This document shows, one piece after another, positions 29,561-38,090 of a DNA stretch of 64,000 nucleotides. The stretch covers positions 505,289 through 569,288 of the forward strand of contig CAWIHH010000004.1 of assembly GCA_963835925.1 (NCBI GenBank). The letters run 5' to 3'. The notes beneath the pieces are model-generated. The model was not told the DNA's origin. It was given only the letters and a program-made list of their open reading frames with translations, and made no database searches. Position numbers and translations under genes: made by a program. The DNA comes from Candidatus Bathyarchaeota archaeon (lineage in GTDB: Archaea > Thermoproteota > Bathyarchaeia > 40CM-2-53-6). Every line of letters begins with the position of its first letter. Positions within the stretch are counted from its first letter, which is position 1.

Positions 29561-32161
29561 TTATACTTTAACCACTTCTACTCGGCTCATCGTCCCTCGA
29601 AGCCTCGAGGGTGTTGTTTGGTCTGTCGTGAGTACGTTGAAGCATCCTCCTTTGTCGATACCGGTGTATGGATCTGGGTCCCAGTATTGTCCAACATAGA
29701 TGTGTACGTGTCCCGGGGTCAGTTTCGCAGTCACCGAGGCCGTAAGCTGGACAGTGTTGGATTGACTTGTGAAGCCTTGCACTCTCACGAGATCACCGTC
29801 TTTAATCCCTCTCGCCTTGGCATCTGGGACACTTAACTCCACCACATGTTCATACAGTTCGCCTTTCAGCTGCGGGTTCTGTGACATCCAAGAGTGGGTG
29901 GTCCATCTCGATTTCGTAGCCATTACTACAAGCGGGTACTTCGCCACGTTCGGGCCTGGGTCATTGAATCCTCCAAACTGTTTCTCCGGGTGATATGCAG
30001 GGTACGGATCAAGGAACCCTCCCCACCTCGTGGTCTTCAGGAACGCTTCACCTTGGGCGATATAGTCAGAGTAGGCGTTGATCTTCCCTGTCGCAGTTGG
30101 GAACGGAACTCCTTTCTGGATTTCATTGTAGAAGCCGTACTTCGATGTCGTAGGCATCTTCCAACGAAAGACCGGTTTCTTTCTGAATTCGGCCCAGCTT
30201 GGTGGATCAAGTGGTTTAATAGTTTCAGTTGCAGCCCATTGCTCGTAAGCAGCCTGAGCCATATCCTCCCACATCTGGTCCCATTTTGCATCTCCGTAAT
30301 CATTGTACTTAGAGAAGTAGTCGTTCAGCACACCGAGTCTCTGAGCCAGTTGGACGTCACGCCATTCTTGGCTCTTGCACTCACCAGGAGCGTTCACGAT
30401 CTTAGCGCAGTATACGAACCCGTTGTTAATGGCGGTAAAGGAACCAGATCCGTACTCTGAAGGTCGCTCCATCTCTTCCGTCATCGGCAGAATGAGGTCT
30501 GCAACCCGGTTGTGTGAGTCGTTCATCGCCACGCGATATGAGACCATGAAGTCAAGTTTCTTTATCACGGCGTCTATGTTGTTGACATTCTCATACATTT
30601 GAAGGCACCAGTGTGTAGAATACCACATGTGAATGTTGGGTGTAGGTGCATCTATTGCGGATCCAATCGCGTTATGATAGTCTTGCTTGGTCATTTGACC
30701 ACTGTCTAGTTGATCTCTTAGACGTACTGCGTTGAACCATCCTTGCGGAGCCAAGCTGCTATAGACGGGTGTCTTGGCACGTTTTCTGCCGGTCTGAGCA
30801 GCGAGGTTCGGAAGCGGGTAAGTCATAAAGGCTGCAGGACCCCTGCCGGAGCCGTCGGCGCTAAGAAAACCTCCGGGGATGCCGATGTTGCCCATCATCG
30901 CTTGCAGGATATATCCTCCCCAGGAGTAGCCCTCTGTGTGCGTACCTCGGCCCGGGCCATAGTTTATGATTAGCATGGCCGGCTTGGTCTTTCCGTAGAG
31001 TTCTGCGAATGCTCTGATCGTCTCAGCGGGTACGCCTGTTATGGGTTCTGCCCATTCCGGTGTCTTCGCCACATTGTCCGTTACGCCCATGACGTACCCT
31101 TTCCACTTATCGAAGCCGTAAACGAACTTGTCAACGAACGCAGTGTCATACAAATTCTCTTTAATCAGAACATTGGCAACAGCCAGCACCATTGCACCGT
31201 CAGTGCCTTTCCTTATCGGTATCCATTGATCAGCAATGATCTCGTCAGTGAGGTTGTACTTGCAACCGATGGATACGATCGGGATTCCCTTTTCATGCGC
31301 CAGCAGCGCGTAGTAGAGCTGCGTTGCGTCTCCGTTATCAGCTAGAGTGAGACCCCAGAATACCATCAGCTTTGTGTTGAACATGTCAGATACTTGAGAG
31401 CCTGAGCCGTAGGATTGGAGATCGGAGGTCGAAGGGAGTTTCGAGGGGTCACTAAGGGCAAAGTGGGTTGCGAATTGTAGGCCAGGGTTTGACCACGTCA
31501 TGTAGTGTGATATTCCAATTCCAGCCCAAGTGGGAACTGGGTTGGAGCTGTCTACGTCAAAGATCGAGTACGGCCCATACTTCTCGTTCATTTGCTTGAC
31601 ATTCGCTGCAAGTATGTCGAGTGCTTCAGTCCAGGTGATCCTAACGAATTGGCCGTTCGGATCTCCTCTTGCTCCAACTCTTTTCATTGGGTAGATGAGA
31701 TGTCTTGGATCGTAGAGCATTTGTCGGTAAGCCAACCACCTGCCACTTTCTCGACTCTGTAGGGTACCTTCCAGTACGTTGTTCCAATTCTCATCCTCTC
31801 GGGGAATGTTCGGGCTCACCGTGTCATCAGGCTCAATCGCCGTTATGACACCGTTCTTGACGTGTACTTTCAGAACTCCTAGGCAGCACCCACCCCTCCT
31901 GTAGGTGTTAGGAGTGTAGTATGTGATGGTTTCACCTGTGTGTCTGTTAATTAGGTCTTGTACGATGGCGTCTCTTCGTGCTTGCACGCTTGCTGATAGT
32001 GGGGGCTTGAAGCTGAGTGGTGGAGGCTTCATGAGTTCGGTGGCTCCGTACCCTGCGACAGCGCCTGCCGCGGCGGCTGCTGTGAGTGCTCCTGTCCATT
32101 TGAGGATTGAACGTCTACTGACTTTCTTTTCAGTACCAGTTTCCGTATCTTCTTCAGGCAT
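29561..32161 (-). CDS. Molybdopterin catalytic subunit A6 (AthL/DMSO-reductase type without an N-terminal cluster, Tat signal SRRSILKW)
   Basis: 866 aa and intact, containing YPMKRVGARGDPNGQFVRITWTEALD. Confidence 0.85.
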   Translation of the reverse strand: MPEEDTETGTEKKVSRRSILKWTGALTAAAAAGAVAGYGATELMKPPPLSFKPPLSASVQARRDAIVQDLINRHTGETITYYTPNTYRRGGCCLGVLKVHVKNGVITAIEPDDTVSPNIPREDENWNNVLEGTLQSRESGRWLAYRQMLYDPRHLIYPMKRVGARGDPNGQFVRITWTEALDILAANVKQMNEKYGPYSIFDVDSSNPVPTWAGIGISHYMTWSNPGLQFATHFALSDPSKLPSTSDLQSYGSGSQVSDMFNTKLMVFWGLTLADNGDATQLYYALLAHEKGIPIVSIGCKYNLTDEIIADQWIPIRKGTDGAMVLAVANVLIKENLYDTAFVDKFVYGFDKWKGYVMGVTDNVAKTPEWAEPITGVPAETIRAFAELYGKTKPAMLIINYGPGRGTHTEGYSWGGYILQAMMGNIGIPGGFLSADGSGRGPAAFMTYPLPNLAAQTGRKRAKTPVYSSLAPQGWFNAVRLRDQLDSGQMTKQDYHNAIGSAIDAPTPNIHMWYSTHWCLQMYENVNNIDAVIKKLDFMVSYRVAMNDSHNRVADLILPMTEEMERPSEYGSGSFTAINNGFVYCAKIVNAPGECKSQEWRDVQLAQRLGVLNDYFSKYNDYGDAKWDQMWEDMAQAAYEQWAATETIKPLDPPSWAEFRKKPVFRWKMPTTSKYGFYNEIQKGVPFPTATGKINAYSDYIAQGEAFLKTTRWGGFLDPYPAYHPEKQFGGFNDPGPNVAKYPLVVMATKSRWTTHSWMSQNPQLKGELYEHVVELSVPDAKARGIKDGDLVRVQGFTSQSNTVQLTASVTAKLTPGHVHIYVGQYWDPDPYTGIDKGGCFNVLTTDQTTPSRLRGTMSRVEVVKV

Positions 32162-32225
32162 TTTCTTAATTCCTATTCAGCTTGCTTGTTGCGCTATCGC
32201 AACTCGGTCTGTTCTACATAGCCGA
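32162..32225 (-). promoter_or_regulatory. 5' leader of A6: hairpin GTTGCG-atag-CGCAAC followed by AAGCAAGCTGAATAGGAATTAAGAAA before the ATG
   Basis: See 28278-28340. An in-frame TGA six codons upstream of the ATG shows this block is non-coding here. Confidence 0.5.
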
Positions 32226-32388
32226 AGCTCGGGAGAAAAACTCCGCACTCTATCTTTCCGCCCAGAAAGTTTTCCCAGTTTCCCTTTCACTCGGGTGAGG
32301 AGACCATCGCTCAACTTGAACCCTTCAAGAGTGAACTTCCGATTCACAACTCCAAAGGGTACCACCAAGATCCCCGGAGTCTAGGCAG

Positions 32389-32444
32389 GCAAGAAAGGAG
32401 AGAAAAAAGAAAGAAGGGTGAGAGGCTTGAGTGAACCCCTCGTC
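32389..32444 (-). terminator. Oligo-T tract downstream of C7
   Basis: Plus strand reads caagaaaggagagaaaaaagaaagaaggg. Confidence 0.4.
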
Positions 32445-33545
32445 TTATGTTTTCTTTGCTGTGGTTAGTTTTGTTGTAGGTATGATTCTTGCTGTGACGA
32501 AGTATGCTGCGACGAGTATCAGGAAGAAAACACCCACGACCGCGTAGTCGAAGGCTCCTGGCCCATAGGATTCGATGAATCTGGAGACGAACGGGGCCGG
32601 GTAGGCTTGGAAGTAAACCTCCTGACCCGAAGTGTAAGGTAGAGGCGCAACGGAGATACCTACTGAAACCACCAAATACCGCAACACCAATCCACCCGTC
32701 AGGAAGAGGAAGCTGCTGACCGCTGCGAGCAACGGAAGCGTCCCCTTCCCTCTAATCCCCACTCCTAACAGCACTATGGGCAGCAGTAAACCTACCACGA
32801 TCAGGCCGCCCCAGAACAACGCTGAGAACGGTCCAGACGTGAGAAGCATAGTGGATTCCTGAGCTGTTGGCGCCAAGGTTCCCGTAAACACAGTGTAGAA
32901 TAAGACTGCGACCAGCACGAACGCTCCCAGCCCAATCACTGCAACCCCCAACGCCTTAATCGAACCCACCGCCCTCTCCTTCGCATCACCCACACTCCGA
33001 CTGTAATAGACCGACAAAACCATCAAATTCGCTGCGACCCCGGACAATGTGGCAACCCCGATGAAAAGCAATGGAAGCAGACTCGTCTCCCAGAAAGAGA
33101 CATGCGTAAGACTCATCGCCACACCCGGATAAATCATCACGCCTAGAGCGAGCACTGCTCCGATCACGCCTAGTACTCTGCGAGCCACCGTGGCCTTCTC
33201 TAATAGTTTGAAGGGCCAAATCCATAATCCGATGTGTATGACTGAGACGATTAGGAATGCTGTGATGAACATTGAACCGAAAGTTATGAGCGAAGTGGCG
33301 CTGGTGAACACGTACATGAACCGTTCAGGATGCCCCAGATCAAACATAAGGAATATCACGCCACCAATCACCAGTGGAGCGCTAAGGAATACCCCGATCT
33401 TCGCCGCAACCCTATTCTCATCGCCTAGGTATTCCGCTATGATGCCTGAGAGGTATGCGCCTGCGCCTGTGCCTGCTAGGAAGAAGTCCCAGATCAGCAA
33501 CCAACCCCAACTAGTCTGCGTGAGAACCACCATCCCCCGGGTCAC
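32445..33545 (-). CDS. NrfD/PsrC-type membrane anchor subunit C7
   Basis: 366 aa and colinear with C2, with an inserted loop near the C-terminus. It overlaps B7 by 4 nt. Confidence 0.85.
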   Translation of the reverse strand: MTRGMVVLTQTSWGWLLIWDFFLAGTGAGAYLSGIIAEYLGDENRVAAKIGVFLSAPLVIGGVIFLMFDLGHPERFMYVFTSATSLITFGSMFITAFLIVSVIHIGLWIWPFKLLEKATVARRVLGVIGAVLALGVMIYPGVAMSLTHVSFWETSLLPLLFIGVATLSGVAANLMVLSVYYSRSVGDAKERAVGSIKALGVAVIGLGAFVLVAVLFYTVFTGTLAPTAQESTMLLTSGPFSALFWGGLIVVGLLLPIVLLGVGIRGKGTLPLLAAVSSFLFLTGGLVLRYLVVSVGISVAPLPYTSGQEVYFQAYPAPFVSRFIESYGPGAFDYAVVGVFFLILVAAYFVTARIIPTTKLTTAKKT

Positions 33546-34204
33546 CAGCCCTCCGTCAACCCAACGTAGTACACTTTCGGCTTCGTATCCAGTTCAGGAT
33601 GTATTGGTCTAGCATGCTTCAACGCTATCTGCTTCGAAACCTCGCTGTTCGGATCGTCAAGGTTACCGAAGACACGTGCGCCTGAGATGCAGGTAATCAC
33701 GCAAGCAGGCGTAGCATCCCTATCTACGCCTGGCACTAGCCCCTTGCTTACGGCTGGATCGATCCTGTGGGAGCAGAAGGTACACTTCTCCACAACCCCA
33801 ACCTGATGCTTCTGGTACGCGTAAAGCTCGTAGGGGTTTAACCCCTTACCAGGGAAGTACCCTCCAATCTCATTCATGAAAGTCCTCGCACCGTACGGGC
33901 ATGCTTGAATGCAGTACTTGCAACCAATGCACCTAGCGTAGTCAACCATCACAATCCCATCAGCCCGCTTATAGCTTGCACCCGTAGGGCAGACCGAAAC
34001 GCAAGGCGTATTCTCACAGTGCATACACAACAGCGGTGTATAGTTGATTTTCGCAGTGGGATAAGTTCCAACCTCTTCAGTCAAAACCTTAGACCAGAAC
34101 ACACCACGAGGCGTACCATTCTCAGCCTTACAAGCCACAGCGCAGGCGTGACAGCCCACGCATAGGTCTCGGTCAATCAACATACCATACCTAGTCATGC
34201 TCAA
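33542..34204 (-). CDS. Four-cluster [4Fe-4S] ferredoxin subunit B7
   Basis: Cys groups are CVGCHACAVAC, CMHCENTPCVSVCP, CIGCKYCIQACP and CTFC..CVITC. Confidence 0.9.
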   Translation of the reverse strand: MSMTRYGMLIDRDLCVGCHACAVACKAENGTPRGVFWSKVLTEEVGTYPTAKINYTPLLCMHCENTPCVSVCPTGASYKRADGIVMVDYARCIGCKYCIQACPYGARTFMNEIGGYFPGKGLNPYELYAYQKHQVGVVEKCTFCSHRIDPAVSKGLVPGVDRDATPACVITCISGARVFGNLDDPNSEVSKQIALKHARPIHPELDTKPKVYYVGLTEGW

Positions 34205-34208
34205 TCAC

Positions 34209-37004
34209 CTACCCCTTGTACACCTTCACCTTAGCACGGCCTTCCATGCCACCGCACACCGGGTTCATGACGGTCTCGTCGAATGCTACTAGATCGTTTA
34301 TGTTTGAGCCGCTCCTTGCTTGCGGGTTGTAGTCGACTGATCTTGATCCGTAGCATCCGCCCATGCCGATAACTTCTGGATGCACAGCCTCCGATGTCCT
34401 TACTTGGCCTCTGGTCTTTCCGTGTTGGGATTCTACCCAGACCCAGTCACCGTCCTTGAAACCCTTCGCAGTAGCAGTTGCACGGTTCATCCACACGTTC
34501 ATTGGGTACGGGTCGAAGAGCTCCGTTAGTTCGGCGATCCATGGGTTGTCCATGACCGTGGCCATTGTGGCCAGCATCGTCTTGTAGTGAATTGCCCACA
34601 TGTCAAACTCGGCAGGAGCTTGGAAGTTTGGTTCTGCAAACCACTGGGGTAGCGGCCTGTAGTGGCTAAACACGAAATCGTTCGAGGGCTTCAGTTGGGC
34701 TCCGGCTTTGTCGAGTTCGCTTTTAAGCTGCTTTCCAGCCCAGACGAGATATTCGACGTAAAGAGGGAGTCGCGTGTTCGGCCATCGGGTTATTCCATAA
34801 TACTGGTCAACCGTAGGAGCTGTTGCAGGTTGGTCGATTGACCAACCATTCTTGGAGAACCAATCAAGACCAAATTGGTCTCCGTGGGCTGATTTGAGTG
34901 CCAGGTCGATGATTTCAGAGTAGCTATACTTGCGATTGAGGTCGATGCTATACGGATTCTTAATGCCGAATTTAGATGCGAGCGTGCCGTTGAGCCCCTT
35001 TGCACCGTAGAGTATCCCAACTTTTTCGGCCAAGTCCATCAACACGTCAGGTACTTCTCGGGTGTTGTAGACGGTTTTTACAACTGGCTGCCTGAGGACA
35101 TCGGCCGCGACGAAGTATGGTTTGGCTGGGTCACCGGGGAAGACACCACGGTTGTAGTGGCCTAGGTCGGCTATGCGATGTCGTTCCAAGTACGAGCTTT
35201 CGGGCAACACAATGTCTGCCATTTCAGTGGGCTCGTCAAAATTGTACGAGAAGGTAACGAAGAATGGTACCTTCGCTATTGCTTCCGCCACGGAATCGCC
35301 CTTACCCATGCCGTTTATCGCGTTGAGGGCACAATGGAGTACCATTTCGACCTTATACGGCACTGGATATTGATCGGGCGTTGCTATGACATTGTACACT
35401 AGGGGGGCCGTCTTGTACGCAAGAGGGTACATGTCCGAAAGGTCAGCCACTTGCGGAGGATACTTGACAGATGCGTATTTGCTGGTGGGTTGTCCGGTGC
35501 CGGGTAGCACCACTCCGTCAGCTGGATCCGGAGGAGCATTTGGTACACCATCAGCTTTGGAGCCTCCCGGTACATCTATGTTGCCGAGGAGACAGTTCAC
35601 CATATACATAGCAAGCCGAGCGTCAAGTCCGCCCAGATGAACCTCACCGCCTTTACCAGTGTCAACAGCAGCCGGTCTGTACGGAAAGGTTACTCCGTTG
35701 ATTGTGATTGTACTTCCTATCTGAGCTGCGTTTACGAGTTCGTTCGTTATCCTCCTGATCGTATCTGTTGGCACAGTAGTGATGTTCGAAGCCCATTCAG
35801 GCGTGTAATCCTTGACTTGAGTTTTCAGGAGTTGAAAAGCTGGCTGACAGGTCACGCCATCAACATTGTACGTGCCATCAAGCGCATAGTCCTTGATCGT
35901 CTTATCGTCGAAGGACTTGGCCTTTTGGTCAACAGGATCCCATACGTATGGCTTCCCGAGCCTCTGATTCAATCGACCAGGGTCTGCGACGAGCGGATCC
36001 TTACCCCTAACGTAAAGCCCGTCAGCACCAATCAGGTAAGGTCCATTTGTTCTTTTCTTTATGAATCCCATGTCAAAGGTGTTAAGCTCATAGAGCATAG
36101 TGTGTACGATAGCCAGCAAAAAGGCCCCATCAGTGCTCGGTCTAACTGGAATCCATTCATCGGCCTTCCTTACTGAAGGAGCCATTACAGCATCGACTGC
36201 AACGCTCTTGAAGCCTCTCTCGCGGGCCTCCGTGAGGAGTAGGTTGCTGTAAGGCATCGCCTTGTTTGAAAGATACATTCCGCCGCCGAATGTGACGGTG
36301 TAGTTTGAGTATTTTACATTCGGCCCCGAGGTGAATGATCCATTGAACCAAGAACTCGTTGTGTGAAGCGTGCAACCACTGCAGAATATGCCACCGCCTG
36401 ATGCGGGAATTCCAGTGTTGGGAGTGCCGTATACCACGCCGAAATTGCCGGTAAGTATCATGTCCCCGCCTCTGTGACCTGCACCAAGTATGGCAAGCTT
36501 TCTGGGATCATCTTGTCGAATCTTGCTCATACGATCAGCCACTGTACTAATGGCTTCGTCCCAGCTTATCTCAACCCACTTGGGGTCGACCCCTCTGCCC
36601 TTCACCGGATTAGTCCTCTTCAAGGGACTCTTCACACGATAAAGATTATACAACGACATTATTCCAGAATTCGACCGCCCACAGATTCTACCTTTACTGT
36701 CAGGACTTGTTGGATCTCCCTCGATCTTCACTGCGACTCCGTTCACCACATGGACGTGCATTGCACATTGCGCATCGCACATGAAGCAACTCGAAGGAAT
36801 CCATTCATCTTGGACAGCCTGAGTCTGCTGAGCAAACCCCTTTTCAATCAGAGAGGTCAGCTGATTGCCGATTGTCAGCTCACCGAGCGTGGCTACCGAG
36901 GCAATGGTTCCAGATAGTTTCAGAAAGTCTCGTCTTGAAAGTGAATTATTCTTCTCTGAGTGGTTCTTAGTTTCATAGGTTACTACTTCTTGTTCGGACA
37001 TCAT
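34209..37004 (-). CDS. CISM catalytic subunit A7 (Psr/Phs-like), intact, with a canonical CxxCxxxC..C N-terminal cluster and an SRRDFLKL signal
   Basis: 931 aa with CFMCDAQC ... GRICGRS and VDPKWVEISWDEAIST. Confidence 0.9.
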   Translation of the reverse strand: MMSEQEVVTYETKNHSEKNNSLSRRDFLKLSGTIASVATLGELTIGNQLTSLIEKGFAQQTQAVQDEWIPSSCFMCDAQCAMHVHVVNGVAVKIEGDPTSPDSKGRICGRSNSGIMSLYNLYRVKSPLKRTNPVKGRGVDPKWVEISWDEAISTVADRMSKIRQDDPRKLAILGAGHRGGDMILTGNFGVVYGTPNTGIPASGGGIFCSGCTLHTTSSWFNGSFTSGPNVKYSNYTVTFGGGMYLSNKAMPYSNLLLTEARERGFKSVAVDAVMAPSVRKADEWIPVRPSTDGAFLLAIVHTMLYELNTFDMGFIKKRTNGPYLIGADGLYVRGKDPLVADPGRLNQRLGKPYVWDPVDQKAKSFDDKTIKDYALDGTYNVDGVTCQPAFQLLKTQVKDYTPEWASNITTVPTDTIRRITNELVNAAQIGSTITINGVTFPYRPAAVDTGKGGEVHLGGLDARLAMYMVNCLLGNIDVPGGSKADGVPNAPPDPADGVVLPGTGQPTSKYASVKYPPQVADLSDMYPLAYKTAPLVYNVIATPDQYPVPYKVEMVLHCALNAINGMGKGDSVAEAIAKVPFFVTFSYNFDEPTEMADIVLPESSYLERHRIADLGHYNRGVFPGDPAKPYFVAADVLRQPVVKTVYNTREVPDVLMDLAEKVGILYGAKGLNGTLASKFGIKNPYSIDLNRKYSYSEIIDLALKSAHGDQFGLDWFSKNGWSIDQPATAPTVDQYYGITRWPNTRLPLYVEYLVWAGKQLKSELDKAGAQLKPSNDFVFSHYRPLPQWFAEPNFQAPAEFDMWAIHYKTMLATMATVMDNPWIAELTELFDPYPMNVWMNRATATAKGFKDGDWVWVESQHGKTRGQVRTSEAVHPEVIGMGGCYGSRSVDYNPQARSGSNINDLVAFDETVMNPVCGGMEGRAKVKVYKG

Positions 37005-37137
37005 TCATTAACCCTATTTCATTAATTCATTACAACTCAAGATCCGAGTTGTAACAGGACCCGCATTCCTCAACGAGCAGCATTTAGATGATTCGAAACA
37101 ACTTTACCGAATATACGATGAATAGTATGTAAAGTAT

Positions 37138-37162
37138 CGATATGACCGACCAGTCATATCGC
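37138..37162. promoter_or_regulatory. Operator-like inverted repeat CGATATGAC-N6-GTCATATCG upstream of A7
   Basis: Perfect 9-bp arms. It shares the exact 14-mer ACCAGTCATATCGC with the A4 upstream region. Confidence 0.5.
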
Positions 37163-37501
37163 TCAGTAAATAGAAGATACCGAAAAAGCCGCTTAAGTCA
37201 CGCTCGCTCTTCTTTCGACTTGTTTTGGATCAAAATCATACTTTTGTCTTATACCTCAACTTAATTCCAGTAGCTTCTGGACGTAGTCTCGGAGGGTTCG
37301 TGTTAGACTTGTGGGCAATTCTTTTTGTGAAGCGGAAATAAGTTGGGAGAGAGAGGAGCGTTAGGCGAACAAGACTTCGGTTCTGAGAGAACTTACGATA
37401 CTGCGTAGTGGCGGAATAGCTTCCAGATCAGGGTCATCTTCGTCAGGAAAGACTGAAAAAAGGTTGGTTGGCGCTGACATCAAATCAGCGCCTTTCAGGT
37501 T

Positions 37502-38086
37502 CTAAGCGGTTGTGGTTGTTGGCGGTAGTCCTGCGTAGTAGACTTTTGGAGCAGCTCCGAGTTCTGGGGAGAGTACTGTTGCTTTCATGTTGGCCACGGT
37601 TGATGCGAGTGCAGTGTCGTCTCCGATTGTTATGGCCTGGGTGGGGCATGCGTCGACGCATGCGGGCTGTAAGCCTTGGTCGAGTCTGTGGGCGCACAGG
37701 GTGCATTTCTGCGGGATCTGAAGTTGATCGTTCCAGAAGATCTTGCCGTACGGGCACGCGTCCACGATTTGCTTCTGGCCCTTGCTCTTAGCTGGGTCGA
37801 GGATGACGATGCCGTCAGGGCGTTTGTACGCTGCGCCGTTCGTGGCTGCTGTGACGCATGGGGGCTTATCACACAGCATACAGGACTCTGGAATGTATCG
37901 GACTTTGACATTGACGCCTTTACCCCATTCTTTCTCTGCGACCGAGATCCAGAACTGCCCCGAGTCGGGCTGGGCGAGGGAGTATGGCGGCCAATCGTTT
38001 TCTACGAACTGGTCTTTGCATGTGGCTGTGCAGACGTTGCATGCGATGCATCTAGTAGTATCGATTACGAGTGCGTATCGTGTCAT
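37502..38086 (-). CDS. Three-cluster ferredoxin subunit B8 (BthL-like)
   Basis: 194 aa with the same Cys pattern as B5. Confidence 0.85.
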   Translation of the reverse strand: MTRYALVIDTTRCIACNVCTATCKDQFVENDWPPYSLAQPDSGQFWISVAEKEWGKGVNVKVRYIPESCMLCDKPPCVTAATNGAAYKRPDGIVILDPAKSKGQKQIVDACPYGKIFWNDQLQIPQKCTLCAHRLDQGLQPACVDACPTQAITIGDDTALASTVANMKATVLSPELGAAPKVYYAGLPPTTTTA

Positions 38087-38090
38087 TGCT

